Notes: generated by a model not told the origin, from the sequence alone. A stretch of DNA of 53,737 bases from Candidatus Undivivens industriae (GCA_012514745.1 JAAYZR010000007.1:1-53737); one strand, 5' to 3'; shown: positions 8,082 to 17,228, counted from the stretch's first letter. Translations and numbers: made by a program.

Positions 8082-8831
8082 TTATGAACGATAATCTGCG
8101 CAAAAATGGAAGAAAGAAGCGACGGCGACGGCTGCGGTATCCACCCTCAACACCAGATCCCCCAGGGATACCGGTATAAAACCGCGGGTTTTCGCATCCT
8201 TTACCTCGGCAGGAGAGAAATCACCTTCAGGGCCGATAAGAAAAGCCAATTCCCCCGTTTCAGGACCAAGACGAGCGAAATCGGTTATATGCCGTCTATC
8301 ACCCTCAAGAGTGGGAATAAGCTTCATCCCGCAATCCGAGGTGATTTCAAGGGCCTCGGAGAAAGTGCATACCGCTTCCAGCAGAGGCGGATGCGGCCTG
8401 CCGCATTGCTGAGTGGAGTTCAAGGCTATTTTCTGCCAGCGCTGCGTTTTGCGCGTAAGGACGGTTTTATTGGGACGGACTACCGTCCGCTCCGTTATCA
8501 TAGGTATTATACGGACTGCCCCCAGTTGAGTCAGGCTGTCTACTATATCGTCCATGGCGCTTTTCTTCGGTAAGGCGCAGGCCACGGTTAGAGAAAAAAG
8601 GCCGGCCCGCCGGACGCTGCGCCCTTGAACGGACAGGACAATCGAATTCTTTCCGCAGCTGTCTATTATGCACGCGTATTCCGCTCCGGAATCGTCGAAT
8701 ACGGAAAGCGCGTCTTTGGGGCCCAGGCGAAGGACATCTCTGATATGATGCACCCTCTCAGGGATATCTATCACGATCCTGTTACCGGCGACGCTGCGGG
8801 AGGGACAATACGTCCTGTAAACATGCGGCAT
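8082..8831 (-). CDS. rsmE: 16S rRNA (uracil1498-N3)-methyltransferase
   Basis: It has the C-terminal LIGPEGDFSPAE motif and a PUA-like N-terminus. The start is taken at MPHVYRTY; the tracked ORF extends to 8912. Confidence 0.87.
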   Translation of the reverse strand: MPHVYRTYCPSRSVAGNRIVIDIPERVHHIRDVLRLGPKDALSVFDDSGAEYACIIDSCGKNSIVLSVQGRSVRRAGLFSLTVACALPKKSAMDDIVDSLTQLGAVRIIPMITERTVVRPNKTVLTRKTQRWQKIALNSTQQCGRPHPPLLEAVCTFSEALEITSDCGMKLIPTLEGDRRHITDFARLGPETGELAFLIGPEGDFSPAEVKDAKTRGFIPVSLGDLVLRVDTAAVAVASFFHFCADYRS

Positions 8832-9218
8832 TGTTATCTTTCCAGTCCGGGAGGATATATAGAATACCCGGTTGCGAACGTGAAAAAGGAGCGGCTCTCT
8901 GCGCGGTCTCACCCGGTACTCAAAAAAAACATAAGGTATGATTCTTACGACTGCACTATTAACAAAAGTTCTGCCGGTATCCGCGATCCGAATGCCGAGT
9001 TGACCCCGGGCTTCAATCCCGGTCTTCGATTAACTCCATGCGCCGTCAGGATAAAAAGGCTAATGTAACGGCAGTCTGCGGGCTAAAGGGGAGTGGCTCT
9101 GCAATAAATACTCATTATATCCGGCAGCTCACAAACCGCGCCGGCGGATGCGCGGAGCACAAGATCAGGGGCATAGACTTCAAGCGGCATCAAGACGCCG
9201 GGATCGAGAATGGAAATA

Positions 9219-9291
9219 TGGACCCGAGCGGAGTCGAACCGCTGATCTCCGCAATGCGAATGCGGCGTTCTCCCAACTGAACTACGGGCCC
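9219..9291 (-). tRNA. tRNA-Ala (anticodon CGC), CCA not encoded
   Basis: Minus strand: GGGCCCGTAGTTCAGTTGGGAGAACGCCGCATTCGCATTGCGGAGATCAGCGGTTCGACTCCGCTCGGGTCCA. It folds as a cloverleaf with a 7-bp acceptor stem containing the G3:U70 Ala identity pair, anticodon loop TTCGCAT, and T-loop GGTTCGACTCC. Confidence 0.93.
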
Positions 9292-9372
9292 GAAACTACG
9301 GCTCTATGTATTCTGGGATATATACTCAACAGTGAGTATATAGTGTAACACAGACGGCTGAAAGGTCAAATG

Positions 9373-9918
9373 TTAATTCAGCGAAACGGAAGGCATATTG
9401 CCGGAGGAAAACAGGGAAACTTCCGGATTGTTGGTCGAAACGCCTGAAACCGGGTCATAACGCGCTACAATGGAAAAATTCATGTAATTGACCGAGGCGG
9501 GCACCGTGCAGACAAAAGATACGACTTTACGGCTCAAGATCGTATAAGTCCCCGGGCTGCCGCTGTAATTGTCGTATTTGCGCAGTTGGTGAGTCGTGGA
9601 GTCATAGCCGTAGGCCACCTGGCGGTCAGACCCGTCCCTGACGCCGTTCTTGTTGTAATCCACCCAGATGGTGACAAGCGAAGTATTACCTCCGGAGGTG
9701 CTTATAGCCAGCGGCCATTCGCCGCTGGATCCCAGCGCGCTGTTCAAATCCTTGCACAAGGAGGCGGCTATGAGATACGCATCGTTCTGCAGTCTCGATG
9801 CCCGGTCTATATCATTTACTTCAAAACGGCCGAAAAGCTCGAAATTGGCCGCGGTCAGCGCCACTACCCCCAAGATCATGACGACGAGGACCAATTCTAT
9901 CAATGTGAAGGCTTTCAT
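9373..9918 (-). CDS. Prepilin-type minor pilin / pseudopilin (FimT/GspH-like size)
   Basis: It has the class III signal MKA|FTLIELVLVVMILGVVAL with Glu at +5. The tracked ORF extends upstream to 10005. Confidence 0.75.
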   Translation of the reverse strand: MKAFTLIELVLVVMILGVVALTAANFELFGRFEVNDIDRASRLQNDAYLIAASLCKDLNSALGSSGEWPLAISTSGGNTSLVTIWVDYNKNGVRDGSDRQVAYGYDSTTHQLRKYDNYSGSPGTYTILSRKVVSFVCTVPASVNYMNFSIVARYDPVSGVSTNNPEVSLFSSGNMPSVSLN

Positions 9919-10128
9919 AGTAAGGCCGGCGGTCCCTTCCTTTTTCCGGAGAAGCTTCGGCTTAACCGGCGCAATGCGTATACCGGGCAGTAAACCTGTT
10001 ATCACTCCGTCATATAGCTTTCTGATAATCGAAAACAGAAGTCAAACCGCTTCACTGCTCAAGGCGCTCAAGACAGAGCAGGCGCTCATCCCCGCGGGTA
10101 CAATCCGGGAATCCCTGCGTTAAGGAAA

Positions 10129-10569
10129 CTAAGGAATATACTCCGTCCAGTTAACGGTCAGTTTAACCCTCCGCAGATTGTGGAAATCCTGGACCTCATA
10201 CTTGGCGCTGTAAACCAGGCGGTTGAGCGTCCTCTCGGATAGCGGAAGACAATTCGGCGACTGCGGAGTAAAGCCGCCTCCGCAGTAATAAGTGGAGGCG
10301 GTCAATGCATTGCCGGAAGCGTCCCAGGTATCCGCCCTGACATACATCGGCAGAAAAGAAAAGAACTTGTAAGCCAACTGCCCGGCGACGGTCTTGGAAG
10401 TACTTAATACGGAATGCCTCTTTCCGGCGGTAAAAACCGCCATCATCCCGAACATTACCAGCGCCAACAGTATGCTGGAGACTACCGCTTCCATCAGATT
10501 CATGCCCCTGAGCGAGCGTATATTCACGACGTCCCCGTAATAAACGGCGCCCTTGTCCGGGGCGCCCAA
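10129..10569 (-). CDS. Prepilin-type minor pilin (PilV-like)
   Basis: The leader ends ...LRG|MNLMEAVVSSILLALVMFGMMAVF (Gly at -1, Glu at +5). Confidence 0.7.
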   Translation of the reverse strand: MGAPDKGAVYYGDVVNIRSLRGMNLMEAVVSSILLALVMFGMMAVFTAGKRHSVLSTSKTVAGQLAYKFFSFLPMYVRADTWDASGNALTASTYYCGGGFTPQSPNCLPLSERTLNRLVYSAKYEVQDFHNLRRVKLTVNWTEYIP

Positions 10570-10594
10570 AGATCCTTTTCCCGAGAAAAGGCTT

Positions 10595-11014
10595 TTAAGG
10601 AATACAATTATCCCCTCCCAAGGAGGTACATGTTGGTTCTTCCGCTGTTATGGCTATAGACCAGCGTCTTCCGGATGGGGAGCGCGATGCGGTGGCCGCG
10701 CCGGTGCCGGTTGTGGTGGAGTAAGCCCAATGCGCGTTGCTTGAGGTGGGCAGGAACACTTTCAGATGGGTATTCAATAAACCATGGTTTACCGTACCGG
10801 AATACGGATAATAGAAGCCGTTCTGCATATAGTATATCTTTTCCGCGGCCTGGAGAAGTTTGAGGGTGGCTTTCGCCTCATTGTCATAACTCTTCTCCTT
10901 CATTTTCCGCAGATTCGGCAGGCTTAAAGTCGCCAGAATGCCTATAATGATAATTACGACCAGCAGCTCGAGAGCAGTGAACGCCGTCGTCATCTTCCGA
11001 CTCATCGAAAGCAT
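10595..11014 (-). CDS. Prepilin-type pilin (GspG/PilE-like)
   Basis: MLSMSRKMTTA|FTALELLVVIIIIGILATLSLPNL, followed by the amphipathic helix EAKATLKLLQAAEKIYY. Confidence 0.85.
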   Translation of the reverse strand: MLSMSRKMTTAFTALELLVVIIIIGILATLSLPNLRKMKEKSYDNEAKATLKLLQAAEKIYYMQNGFYYPYSGTVNHGLLNTHLKVFLPTSSNAHWAYSTTTGTGAATASRSPSGRRWSIAITAEEPTCTSLGGDNCIP

Positions 11015-11035
11015 ATAAGCCTCCCTGTAATATAA

Positions 11036-11064
11036 AGTATAGCCGTCCGCCGGGAGCTTGTCAA
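11036..11064 (-). promoter_or_regulatory. Candidate sigma70 promoter TTGACA-N17-TATACT upstream of the 139-aa pilin gene
   Basis: The -35 is the reverse complement of 11059-11064 and the -10 is the reverse complement of 11036-11041. The SD GGGAGG follows. Confidence 0.55.
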
Positions 11065-11079
11065 TTTAATTGTCTTCCT

Positions 11080-11481
11080 CTAATAATACCCGGCTGTTCC
11101 GCTCCAGGCGCCGTCTGAATAACTCAAGGTAATGGTATATGCCGAAGGTGCATCGGGATGTTTTCCGCCGGAAGTGCATCTCACCGCCGAGGCCGAAGCG
11201 GCCGTCAGCGAATAAGAAAAGAAATGCGAGGCGGTACAAGCGGCAGGAAAATTCACTTCTATAAAACTGCTCTCGGCGGCGTAAGAGCCGTGCTCCAACC
11301 TGTAACTTTCCTGCGCGGAACGTATGGTCCCGAGGATGTTTCTCGCCTCCGCAGTCCTGGCTTTTTCGATCGACTTTATAAACTGGCTGAAACCGATGGA
11401 AGCAAGTATGCCCAGAATAATGATAACCACGATCACTTCCAGCAGCGTAAAGCCGTCGTTCTTATTAGCGATAAGGAGCAT
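11080..11481 (-). CDS. Type IV pilin paralogue (133 aa)
   Basis: It has ...NDG|FTLLEVIVVIIILGILASIGFSQF and shares the C-terminal ...SGTAGYY with the two 126-aa pilins. Confidence 0.88.
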   Translation of the reverse strand: MLLIANKNDGFTLLEVIVVIIILGILASIGFSQFIKSIEKARTAEARNILGTIRSAQESYRLEHGSYAAESSFIEVNFPAACTASHFFSYSLTAASASAVRCTSGGKHPDAPSAYTITLSYSDGAWSGTAGYY

Positions 11482-11558
11482 TTAGTTGTCTTTCATATTG
11501 ACGAGAAAGGCTTTGCCGAGAAGACCTGTAAATACCGGAATATCTTGCTTTATTTGAC

Positions 11559-11594
11559 AGAAAAACGGCCCCTCTTTCTTGAAGAAAAAGGGGC
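11559..11594 (-). terminator. Rho-independent terminator after the 126-aa pilin gene
   Basis: Minus strand: GGCCCCTTTTTCTT-C-AAGAAAGAGGGGCC followed by GTTTTTCTG. Confidence 0.75.
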
Positions 11595-11684
11595 CGCCGT
11601 AAATCAAACAACTTTCGCATTAGGAGGTTAGGCTTCCCATTGAAGCTCCCTGAACTTGAAGCCCGGGGTAACCTTCACCGCATT

Positions 11685-11724
11685 CATTTCCGGCTCGAAA
11701 GCCGGGAATTTCTGCGCTTTGATT
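11685..11724 (-). repeat. Copy of the dispersed hairpin element abutting the pilin stop codon (minus strand ATCAAAGCGCAGAAATTCCCGGCTTTCGAGCCGGAAATG)
   Basis: Sequence similarity to 3359-3400 and 29151-29191. It overlaps the TAA stop at 11723-11725. Confidence 0.8.
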
Positions 11725-12103
11725 AATAGTATCCCGCGGTTCCGCCCCATACTCCGCTGGAATAATTCAAAGTGATACTATAGGCGCTTCCCTGCGGGGT
11801 CTTGCCGCCGGTAGTGCAACGAGAGGCCGTACCGGTCGCGGCCCCTGCGGCATAGCTGAAATAATGCGTCGTCGTGCAGGCAGAAGGGGCTTCGACGGGA
11901 AGATCGCCGATCGACGATGCGTACGAACCCTGTTCAAGCTTGTAGGTTTCCTGCGCCGTGCGTATCTGACCGAGGACCATTCTGGCTTCCGCGCTGCGGC
12001 CTTTCTCCACCATCTTCATGTATTGTGAAAATCCGAGAGTAGCAAGTATACCCAGGATTATAATTACGACAATAAGTTCCAGAAGCGTAAAGCCCTTTTT
12101 CAT
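11723..12103 (-). CDS. Type IV pilin (126 aa), likely the major pilin
   Basis: MKKG|FTLLELIVVIIILGILATLGFSQY. It has its own near-consensus promoter and a downstream terminator. Confidence 0.9.
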   Translation of the reverse strand: MKKGFTLLELIVVIIILGILATLGFSQYMKMVEKGRSAEARMVLGQIRTAQETYKLEQGSYASSIGDLPVEAPSACTTTHYFSYAAGAATGTASRCTTGGKTPQGSAYSITLNYSSGVWGGTAGYY

Positions 12104-12141
12104 ACCCCCTCCTTTGTGAGTTTTTTGTTCACACTTGCTGT

Positions 12142-12169
12142 ATTATAGCTCACAGGGATTCGCTGTCAA
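12142..12169 (-). promoter_or_regulatory. Consensus sigma70 promoter TTGACA-N16-TATAAT upstream of pilin gene 11723-12103
   Basis: The -35 is the reverse complement of 12164-12169 and the -10 is the reverse complement of 12142-12147. The SD AAGGAGGGGG precedes the ATG. Confidence 0.65.
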
Positions 12170-12202
12170 TCATTATTTTAGGGTTGTGGCACTATCCGGG
12201 GA

Positions 12203-12583
12203 TTAATAATACCCGGCAGTTCCGCCCCATACTCCGGTGGAATAGACCAGCGTGATGCTATAGGCGCTGCCCTGCGGCGTCTTGCCGCCGGTAGTGCAGC
12301 GGGTCGCCGTCCCTCTTGTCGCATTCGCGGCGTAGAGGAAATAATGCGTCGTCGTGCAGGCAGTAGGCGCCAGTACGGAAAGATTGGCGACCGACGTTGC
12401 GTAAGACCCGTTCTCCAGTTTATACGCCTCCTGCGCCGTGCGGATCTGCCCGAGAAGCATTCTCGCTTCCGCGCTGCGGCCTTTCTCCACCATCTTCATA
12501 TACTGCGAGAACCCCAAAGTAGCAAGAATCCCCAGGATGATAATAACGACAATAAGCTCCAACAGCGTAAAACCTTTTTTCAT
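12203..12583 (-). CDS. Type IV pilin (126 aa), tandem paralogue of 11723-12103
   Basis: The first 42 residues are identical to the neighbouring pilin and the whole protein differs at about 17 of 126 positions by eye. The SD AAGGAGGGGTG lies 46 nt after the pilC stop. Confidence 0.9.
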   Translation of the reverse strand: MKKGFTLLELIVVIIILGILATLGFSQYMKMVEKGRSAEARMLLGQIRTAQEAYKLENGSYATSVANLSVLAPTACTTTHYFLYAANATRGTATRCTTGGKTPQGSAYSITLVYSTGVWGGTAGYY

Positions 12584-12629
12584 GATAAACCCACCCCTCC
12601 TTTGCTAAAGTTAAACCCGGGTTAATATC

Positions 12630-13871
12630 CTACCCGCTTATCTTGCTTATCTGGAATATGGGCAGGAACATGCCGATGACCATAATGCCGATGACCACGC
12701 CCATGAATATCAGGATTATAGGTTCGAACATAGAGGTAAACCTTGTCAAAAAAGTATCCACGTAGTCCTGATAAAAGAGATTTATCTTCTTGAACATCTG
12801 CGACAGTTCCCCGATCTCTTCACCGATGGTAACCATCTGCACCACCATCGGCTCGAAAAAACCGCTGTTTTCCAAAGGTGTATGCAAGTTTTTCCCCACG
12901 CGGACGTCTTCCTTAATATTCCTGATTATCCCCCCCATCACGATATTCCCCACGCTGTGTTCCGCTATCTCGAGAGCGTACAGTATCGGCACGCCGCTTT
13001 CTATGAGCGTGGACATCTCGGAGGAGAATCTCTCTATTACTATGGCCCGAAAGAATTCGCCGGCCAGCGGAAGTTTGAAAATGAATTCTTCGAAGGTGCG
13101 CCTGCCTTCCCGCGTCTTCAGATAGTTCTTCAAAACATAGACGCCCGCGACTATGCCGACCACGATCAGCACCATGAATTTCCGGATAAAATCGCTGACG
13201 GAGATCAAGGCTATGGTCAACGGCGGAAGCGTTATGTTGAACCCGGCAAAAAGCTGGGCAAAAGTAGGAATGATCTTGATCGTAAGAAAAAGCAGGGCCC
13301 CGGTAGAGGCCAGCATTAGTATTATGGGATACACAAGGGCGGAGATGATCTTCCTCTTGAAAGCCGCGTTCTTTTCCAGATAGGTAGCAAGCCTGTTAAG
13401 AATGGCGGCCAGGTTACCGGAGGCTTCGCCGCTTTCGACAAGATTGATCCAGAGATCGGAGAAGACATCCGGATGTTTACTCATCGCTTCATGGAAACTC
13501 AAGCCGGCTTCCATGTTCTTTTTCAAGGTCTTCAGCACGTTATATAGCTTGCGGCTGGAGACCTGGAGCGAGATGACCTCCAGGCTCTTCAAAATGGTGA
13601 TACCGGCTCCCAGCAAGGTAGCCAGCTGCCGGCAGAAAAGCACGAGATCGTCCGCGGTTACTCCGTAATGTTTCGGTTTCGTTCGGGCGGCGGTCGAGGG
13701 ACCGGCCTGTTTCATGGCAGCGGCCTCGGCGTGAGTCTGCGTATCCACCTGGATGACTATGAGATCGCGCGACTGCAGCCGGTTTATCACGTCCTCCTGG
13801 CTGGCAGCTTCTTCTGTTCCCGCGATTTTCTTTCCTTCGCGATCGCGGGCTAAGTAAGAGAATACGGCCAT
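12630..13871 (-). CDS. pilC: Type IV pilus / T2SS platform protein (GspF/PilC family)
   Basis: 413 aa with two T2SSF-type repeats and three hydrophobic segments. There is a 1-nt TAATG overlap with pilB. Confidence 0.93.
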   Translation of the reverse strand: MAVFSYLARDREGKKIAGTEEAASQEDVINRLQSRDLIVIQVDTQTHAEAAAMKQAGPSTAARTKPKHYGVTADDLVLFCRQLATLLGAGITILKSLEVISLQVSSRKLYNVLKTLKKNMEAGLSFHEAMSKHPDVFSDLWINLVESGEASGNLAAILNRLATYLEKNAAFKRKIISALVYPIILMLASTGALLFLTIKIIPTFAQLFAGFNITLPPLTIALISVSDFIRKFMVLIVVGIVAGVYVLKNYLKTREGRRTFEEFIFKLPLAGEFFRAIVIERFSSEMSTLIESGVPILYALEIAEHSVGNIVMGGIIRNIKEDVRVGKNLHTPLENSGFFEPMVVQMVTIGEEIGELSQMFKKINLFYQDYVDTFLTRFTSMFEPIILIFMGVVIGIMVIGMFLPIFQISKISG

Positions 13872-15598
13872 TATTCCACCCCTATAGTCACGCTCAACGC
13901 TTCCTCAAGGCTGGTAGTCCCATCCTCAACCTTTCTCATCACGGAGTCGTAAAGAGTCAGCATGCCGTTGGCACGCGCGGCCTCCCTTATTTTCTGGAAT
14001 GAAGCCCTCTGATTGATCAATTCCCGGATCTCCTCATTGACGACAAGTATTTCCGATATACACAACCTGCCTTTATATCCTATCTGGTTGCATTTCGCGC
14101 AGCCCTTGGCGCGGTAGATCAGGCCCGCAGTGAGCTTTAAATCCTGGACCTGCTCCGAAGAAGGTTCGTAAGCTTCCTTGCATTCCGGGCAAAGTTTGCG
14201 GACGAGACGCTGCGCGACCACCATCAAAAGCGAAGGCGCGATCATATAAGTCTCAATCCCCATATCCGCCAGCCTCGTTACTGCGGAAGGAGCGTCGTTT
14301 GTGTGCACAGTGCTCAGCACAAGGTGCCCGGTAAGCGCCGAACGTATGCAAATCTGCGCGGTCTCGAGGTCGCGCACCTCGCCGACGAGCATCACGTCCG
14401 GATCCTGGCGCAGGAAACTGCGCAGGGCGGCCGCGAACGTCAGCCCTATATCCGGCTTGATCTGCACCTGGTTGATCCCGTCAAGCTTGTATTCCACGGG
14501 GTCCTCGACCGTCACGATATTCTTGGAAGGGCTTTTTATCTCGTTGAGTATGGCGTAAAGGGTAGTGGTCTTTCCGCTTCCCGTGGGCCCGGCCAGGAAT
14601 ATCAGCCCGTAAGGCATCTGCACCACTTTACGGATAAGCTCCAGCTGCGCGCCGCCGAAACCGAGCTGGGCCAGGTCGAGCACCACGCTGGAACGGTCAA
14701 GTATTCGCATGACCACTTTCTCCCCGTATATCGTGGGGACGGTGGAAACACGCAGATCTATGGGCTTATTGTTTACCTTGACCATAAAGGCCCCGTCCTG
14801 CGGCAGACGTTTTTCAGCTATATCCAGCTTGCTCAATATTTTCACGCGCGACGCGATCGCCAAATGAAGATGCTTTGCCGGAGGCGGGATCTCGTAAAGC
14901 CTGCCGTCTATCCTGTACCTGAGGCTCAATCTGTCCTTGAAAGGCTCGATATGAATATCGGAAGCGTGTTCCTCTATAGCCTGCCGGATGATCAAGTCAA
15001 CAAGTTTTACTACCGGGGCCTCTTCAGCCCTGGCGATCAGGCGGTCAAGGCTCAACTCGTCGTCTCCGGCTGAACCGGCCGCGTCCTCCATCAGGCTGTC
15101 GGATGACGTTACGGAATATGAACTCTCGATCGCCTCTTTTAAATAGGCGTTTTTGCCGTAGAACTCTTCTATCGCCCTGACGATGTCGGACCTCGTAGCC
15201 AGCACCGGTTTGACCTCGTAACCGGTAAGTTTCTTGATGTTGTCCAGCAGAATGATGTCGGTGACGTCGCTCATGGCCACCGAAAGGGAATTGAGAGTAA
15301 GAGAAAGAGGCAGGACGCAGTTCTTGAGGGCAAAGTCCCTGGAGATTATCTTCTCCAGCCCCTGCCCCACCGCCGGATGCAGCATCCCGGTGCCGAGGGC
15401 GAAATACGGCACGCCGGCCTGCTTGCCGAGGACCTTCATCATGTCCTCTTCTTTTATAAAACCCATTTCAACCAGAATCTCCCCCAGACGTCCACCCTGC
15501 TGTCTCTGGACGCTGATGGCTTTTTCCAACTGATTGGTGCTGATGAGCCCCTCTTTAACGAGCAGCTCACCAAACCTTAAATATTTTTCCTTTAGCAT
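13871..15598 (-). CDS. pilB: Type IV pilus assembly ATPase (GspE/PilB family) with an N-terminal MshEN-type domain
   Basis: It has Walker A GPTGSGKTTT, Walker B DPDVMLVGEVRD, and the tetracysteine CPECK...CAKC. The N-terminus carries two RLGxxLVxxG(L/F)I...Q motifs. Confidence 0.95.
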   Translation of the reverse strand: MLKEKYLRFGELLVKEGLISTNQLEKAISVQRQQGGRLGEILVEMGFIKEEDMMKVLGKQAGVPYFALGTGMLHPAVGQGLEKIISRDFALKNCVLPLSLTLNSLSVAMSDVTDIILLDNIKKLTGYEVKPVLATRSDIVRAIEEFYGKNAYLKEAIESSYSVTSSDSLMEDAAGSAGDDELSLDRLIARAEEAPVVKLVDLIIRQAIEEHASDIHIEPFKDRLSLRYRIDGRLYEIPPPAKHLHLAIASRVKILSKLDIAEKRLPQDGAFMVKVNNKPIDLRVSTVPTIYGEKVVMRILDRSSVVLDLAQLGFGGAQLELIRKVVQMPYGLIFLAGPTGSGKTTTLYAILNEIKSPSKNIVTVEDPVEYKLDGINQVQIKPDIGLTFAAALRSFLRQDPDVMLVGEVRDLETAQICIRSALTGHLVLSTVHTNDAPSAVTRLADMGIETYMIAPSLLMVVAQRLVRKLCPECKEAYEPSSEQVQDLKLTAGLIYRAKGCAKCNQIGYKGRLCISEILVVNEEIRELINQRASFQKIREAARANGMLTLYDSVMRKVEDGTTSLEEALSVTIGVE

Positions 15599-15607
15599 TA
15601 TATACGA

Positions 15608-17212
15608 TTACCGGCTGTTGTTATCAAACGCGTTCAGACTAGAACTTACCGCGGACTGCCGGTTATACCCGGCGGCGGTATTCTGTTCCCTGTCCGGCAG
15701 GACCGCTTTATTGGTCTGGGAGAATTCCACAGTAGATTCTTTAAGGATATGCGGAGTGATAAAAACAAGCAGTTCCCTATCTTTGTCCTTTGCCTTGTCC
15801 TTATGCCTGAAGAAAGCCCCGATAATGGGTATATCGGAGAAGAACGGGAGCGAAGAGTTGGACTGGTTGAACTCGCTCCTGATCAGACCGCCGATAACCA
15901 CGGTCTCCCCGTCCTTGACGCGCACGGTGGTCTTGGTGGAGCGCTCTTCCGGATCGCGGAATTGATAAGTCTTGCCTGCCACGGTCAGGGGATTGCCGGC
16001 AGCGGCTTCCGTGACTTTCGGATACAGGAACATGGTGATCTCCCCGGTCTCGATGTTGATCTGGGGCGTGACCCTCAAGGAAACTCCTGTCCTGGTCCTC
16101 TCCGGGTCTCCGGTCGATTCGGTAGTGGTCCCGCCGGAAGAACTGGAAGAAGTCCCGGTCACTCCTATGGATTCATTGCTGCTTATCTGTATCTCCGCGG
16201 TTTCGTTGTTCAAGGTAATTATCCTCGGCCTGGCGAGGTATTTCGTGTCGGTCTGCGTGCGCAGATAATCCAGCAGCTGCGAATAGGTCCGGCCTAAGAT
16301 AACGGAACCGGCTGAAATAGGAACGCCCTCCCCTGCCGTAGAAATGATATCAGAGCCGTCCAGCGGAGAACTTATACCCGCGCCGCGGTTAGCCAGATTC
16401 CCCATAAAGAACTTCGTGGGTCCTGAAGAAGGGATAATCAAGGTAAAAGGATTGGTGCCGAAATTAAATCCCATCTTATCCACGGTATTCTTGCTGACGT
16501 CGAGCATCTCGACCTCTATCAGCACCTGCGGGGCCGGGACGTCGAGTGAGGCGATCGTCTGCGCTATCGCCTGCATACGGCTCGGGATATCGGTGATTAT
16601 CAGGCTGTTCGTGCGGTAATCCTCCACGATGGAACCGTGTTCGGAAAGCAGTTTCTTGACCGCGTTGGTTATGCCGCCTTCCTTGGCCGCGTCCTCGCGG
16701 GAACTGCCGGAAGAGCCGCCTCCCGATCCGGACGAACTGTCTGCGCCGGTATCCTCCATTATATCGTCTATCTCGCTGCGCATCACGGAGAGCCCGACCG
16801 TGGCATATTTGAGATAAAACACTTTCGTTACCGTCTCCAGGCTCGGTTTCCCCCAATCCTTGACGATAAACAAATTGGCGCTCCTGTCGTATTCATAAGA
16901 AAGGTTGTTGGCCTTGAAAATCTTGTTCATGGCGTCCTGCACCGGGACCTTGTCGAGATAAAGGGTGATCTTTCTGTCCTGGACCACCTCGGAGGCTATG
17001 AAGTTCATACCGGACTGCATGGAGAATATCTTCAGCACGTCCTTCAGGTTCACGTCCTGCAGGTCCATGGATACGGTAAGGTTCTGCTGTCCGCCTTCGC
17101 CGGACTGCTGCTGGGCGGCGGCGGCGTCCGAGTCGGCGGCGAAAGAAACGGGGTTACAAACGAACAAGAGAGAAAATAATGCCGAAAAACAGAAAGCGAT
17201 GATTCTCCCCAT
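15608..17212 (-). CDS. pilQ: Secretin (PilQ/GspD family)
   Basis: It has the signal peptide MGRIIAFCFSALFSLLFVCNPVSFA and a C-terminal secretin core (GETVVIGGLIRSE...LPFFSDIPIIGAFFRHKD). Confidence 0.9.
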   Translation of the reverse strand: MGRIIAFCFSALFSLLFVCNPVSFAADSDAAAAQQQSGEGGQQNLTVSMDLQDVNLKDVLKIFSMQSGMNFIASEVVQDRKITLYLDKVPVQDAMNKIFKANNLSYEYDRSANLFIVKDWGKPSLETVTKVFYLKYATVGLSVMRSEIDDIMEDTGADSSSGSGGGSSGSSREDAAKEGGITNAVKKLLSEHGSIVEDYRTNSLIITDIPSRMQAIAQTIASLDVPAPQVLIEVEMLDVSKNTVDKMGFNFGTNPFTLIIPSSGPTKFFMGNLANRGAGISSPLDGSDIISTAGEGVPISAGSVILGRTYSQLLDYLRTQTDTKYLARPRIITLNNETAEIQISSNESIGVTGTSSSSSGGTTTESTGDPERTRTGVSLRVTPQINIETGEITMFLYPKVTEAAAGNPLTVAGKTYQFRDPEERSTKTTVRVKDGETVVIGGLIRSEFNQSNSSLPFFSDIPIIGAFFRHKDKAKDKDRELLVFITPHILKESTVEFSQTNKAVLPDREQNTAAGYNRQSAVSSSLNAFDNNSR

Positions 17213-17228
17213 TTGGATTACCCTCCTA

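Noticed and set aside
8913-9218. About 300-nt unannotated spacer downstream of tRNA-Ala, examined for an ncRNA (SRP RNA, 6S, tmRNA, RNase P)
   Set aside because: No conserved cores of those RNAs are visible by eye. I saw only a possible tRNA terminator (CCGCGC...GCGCGG + TTTGTG, 9131-9155) and one repeat hairpin. I cannot exclude an unknown sRNA.
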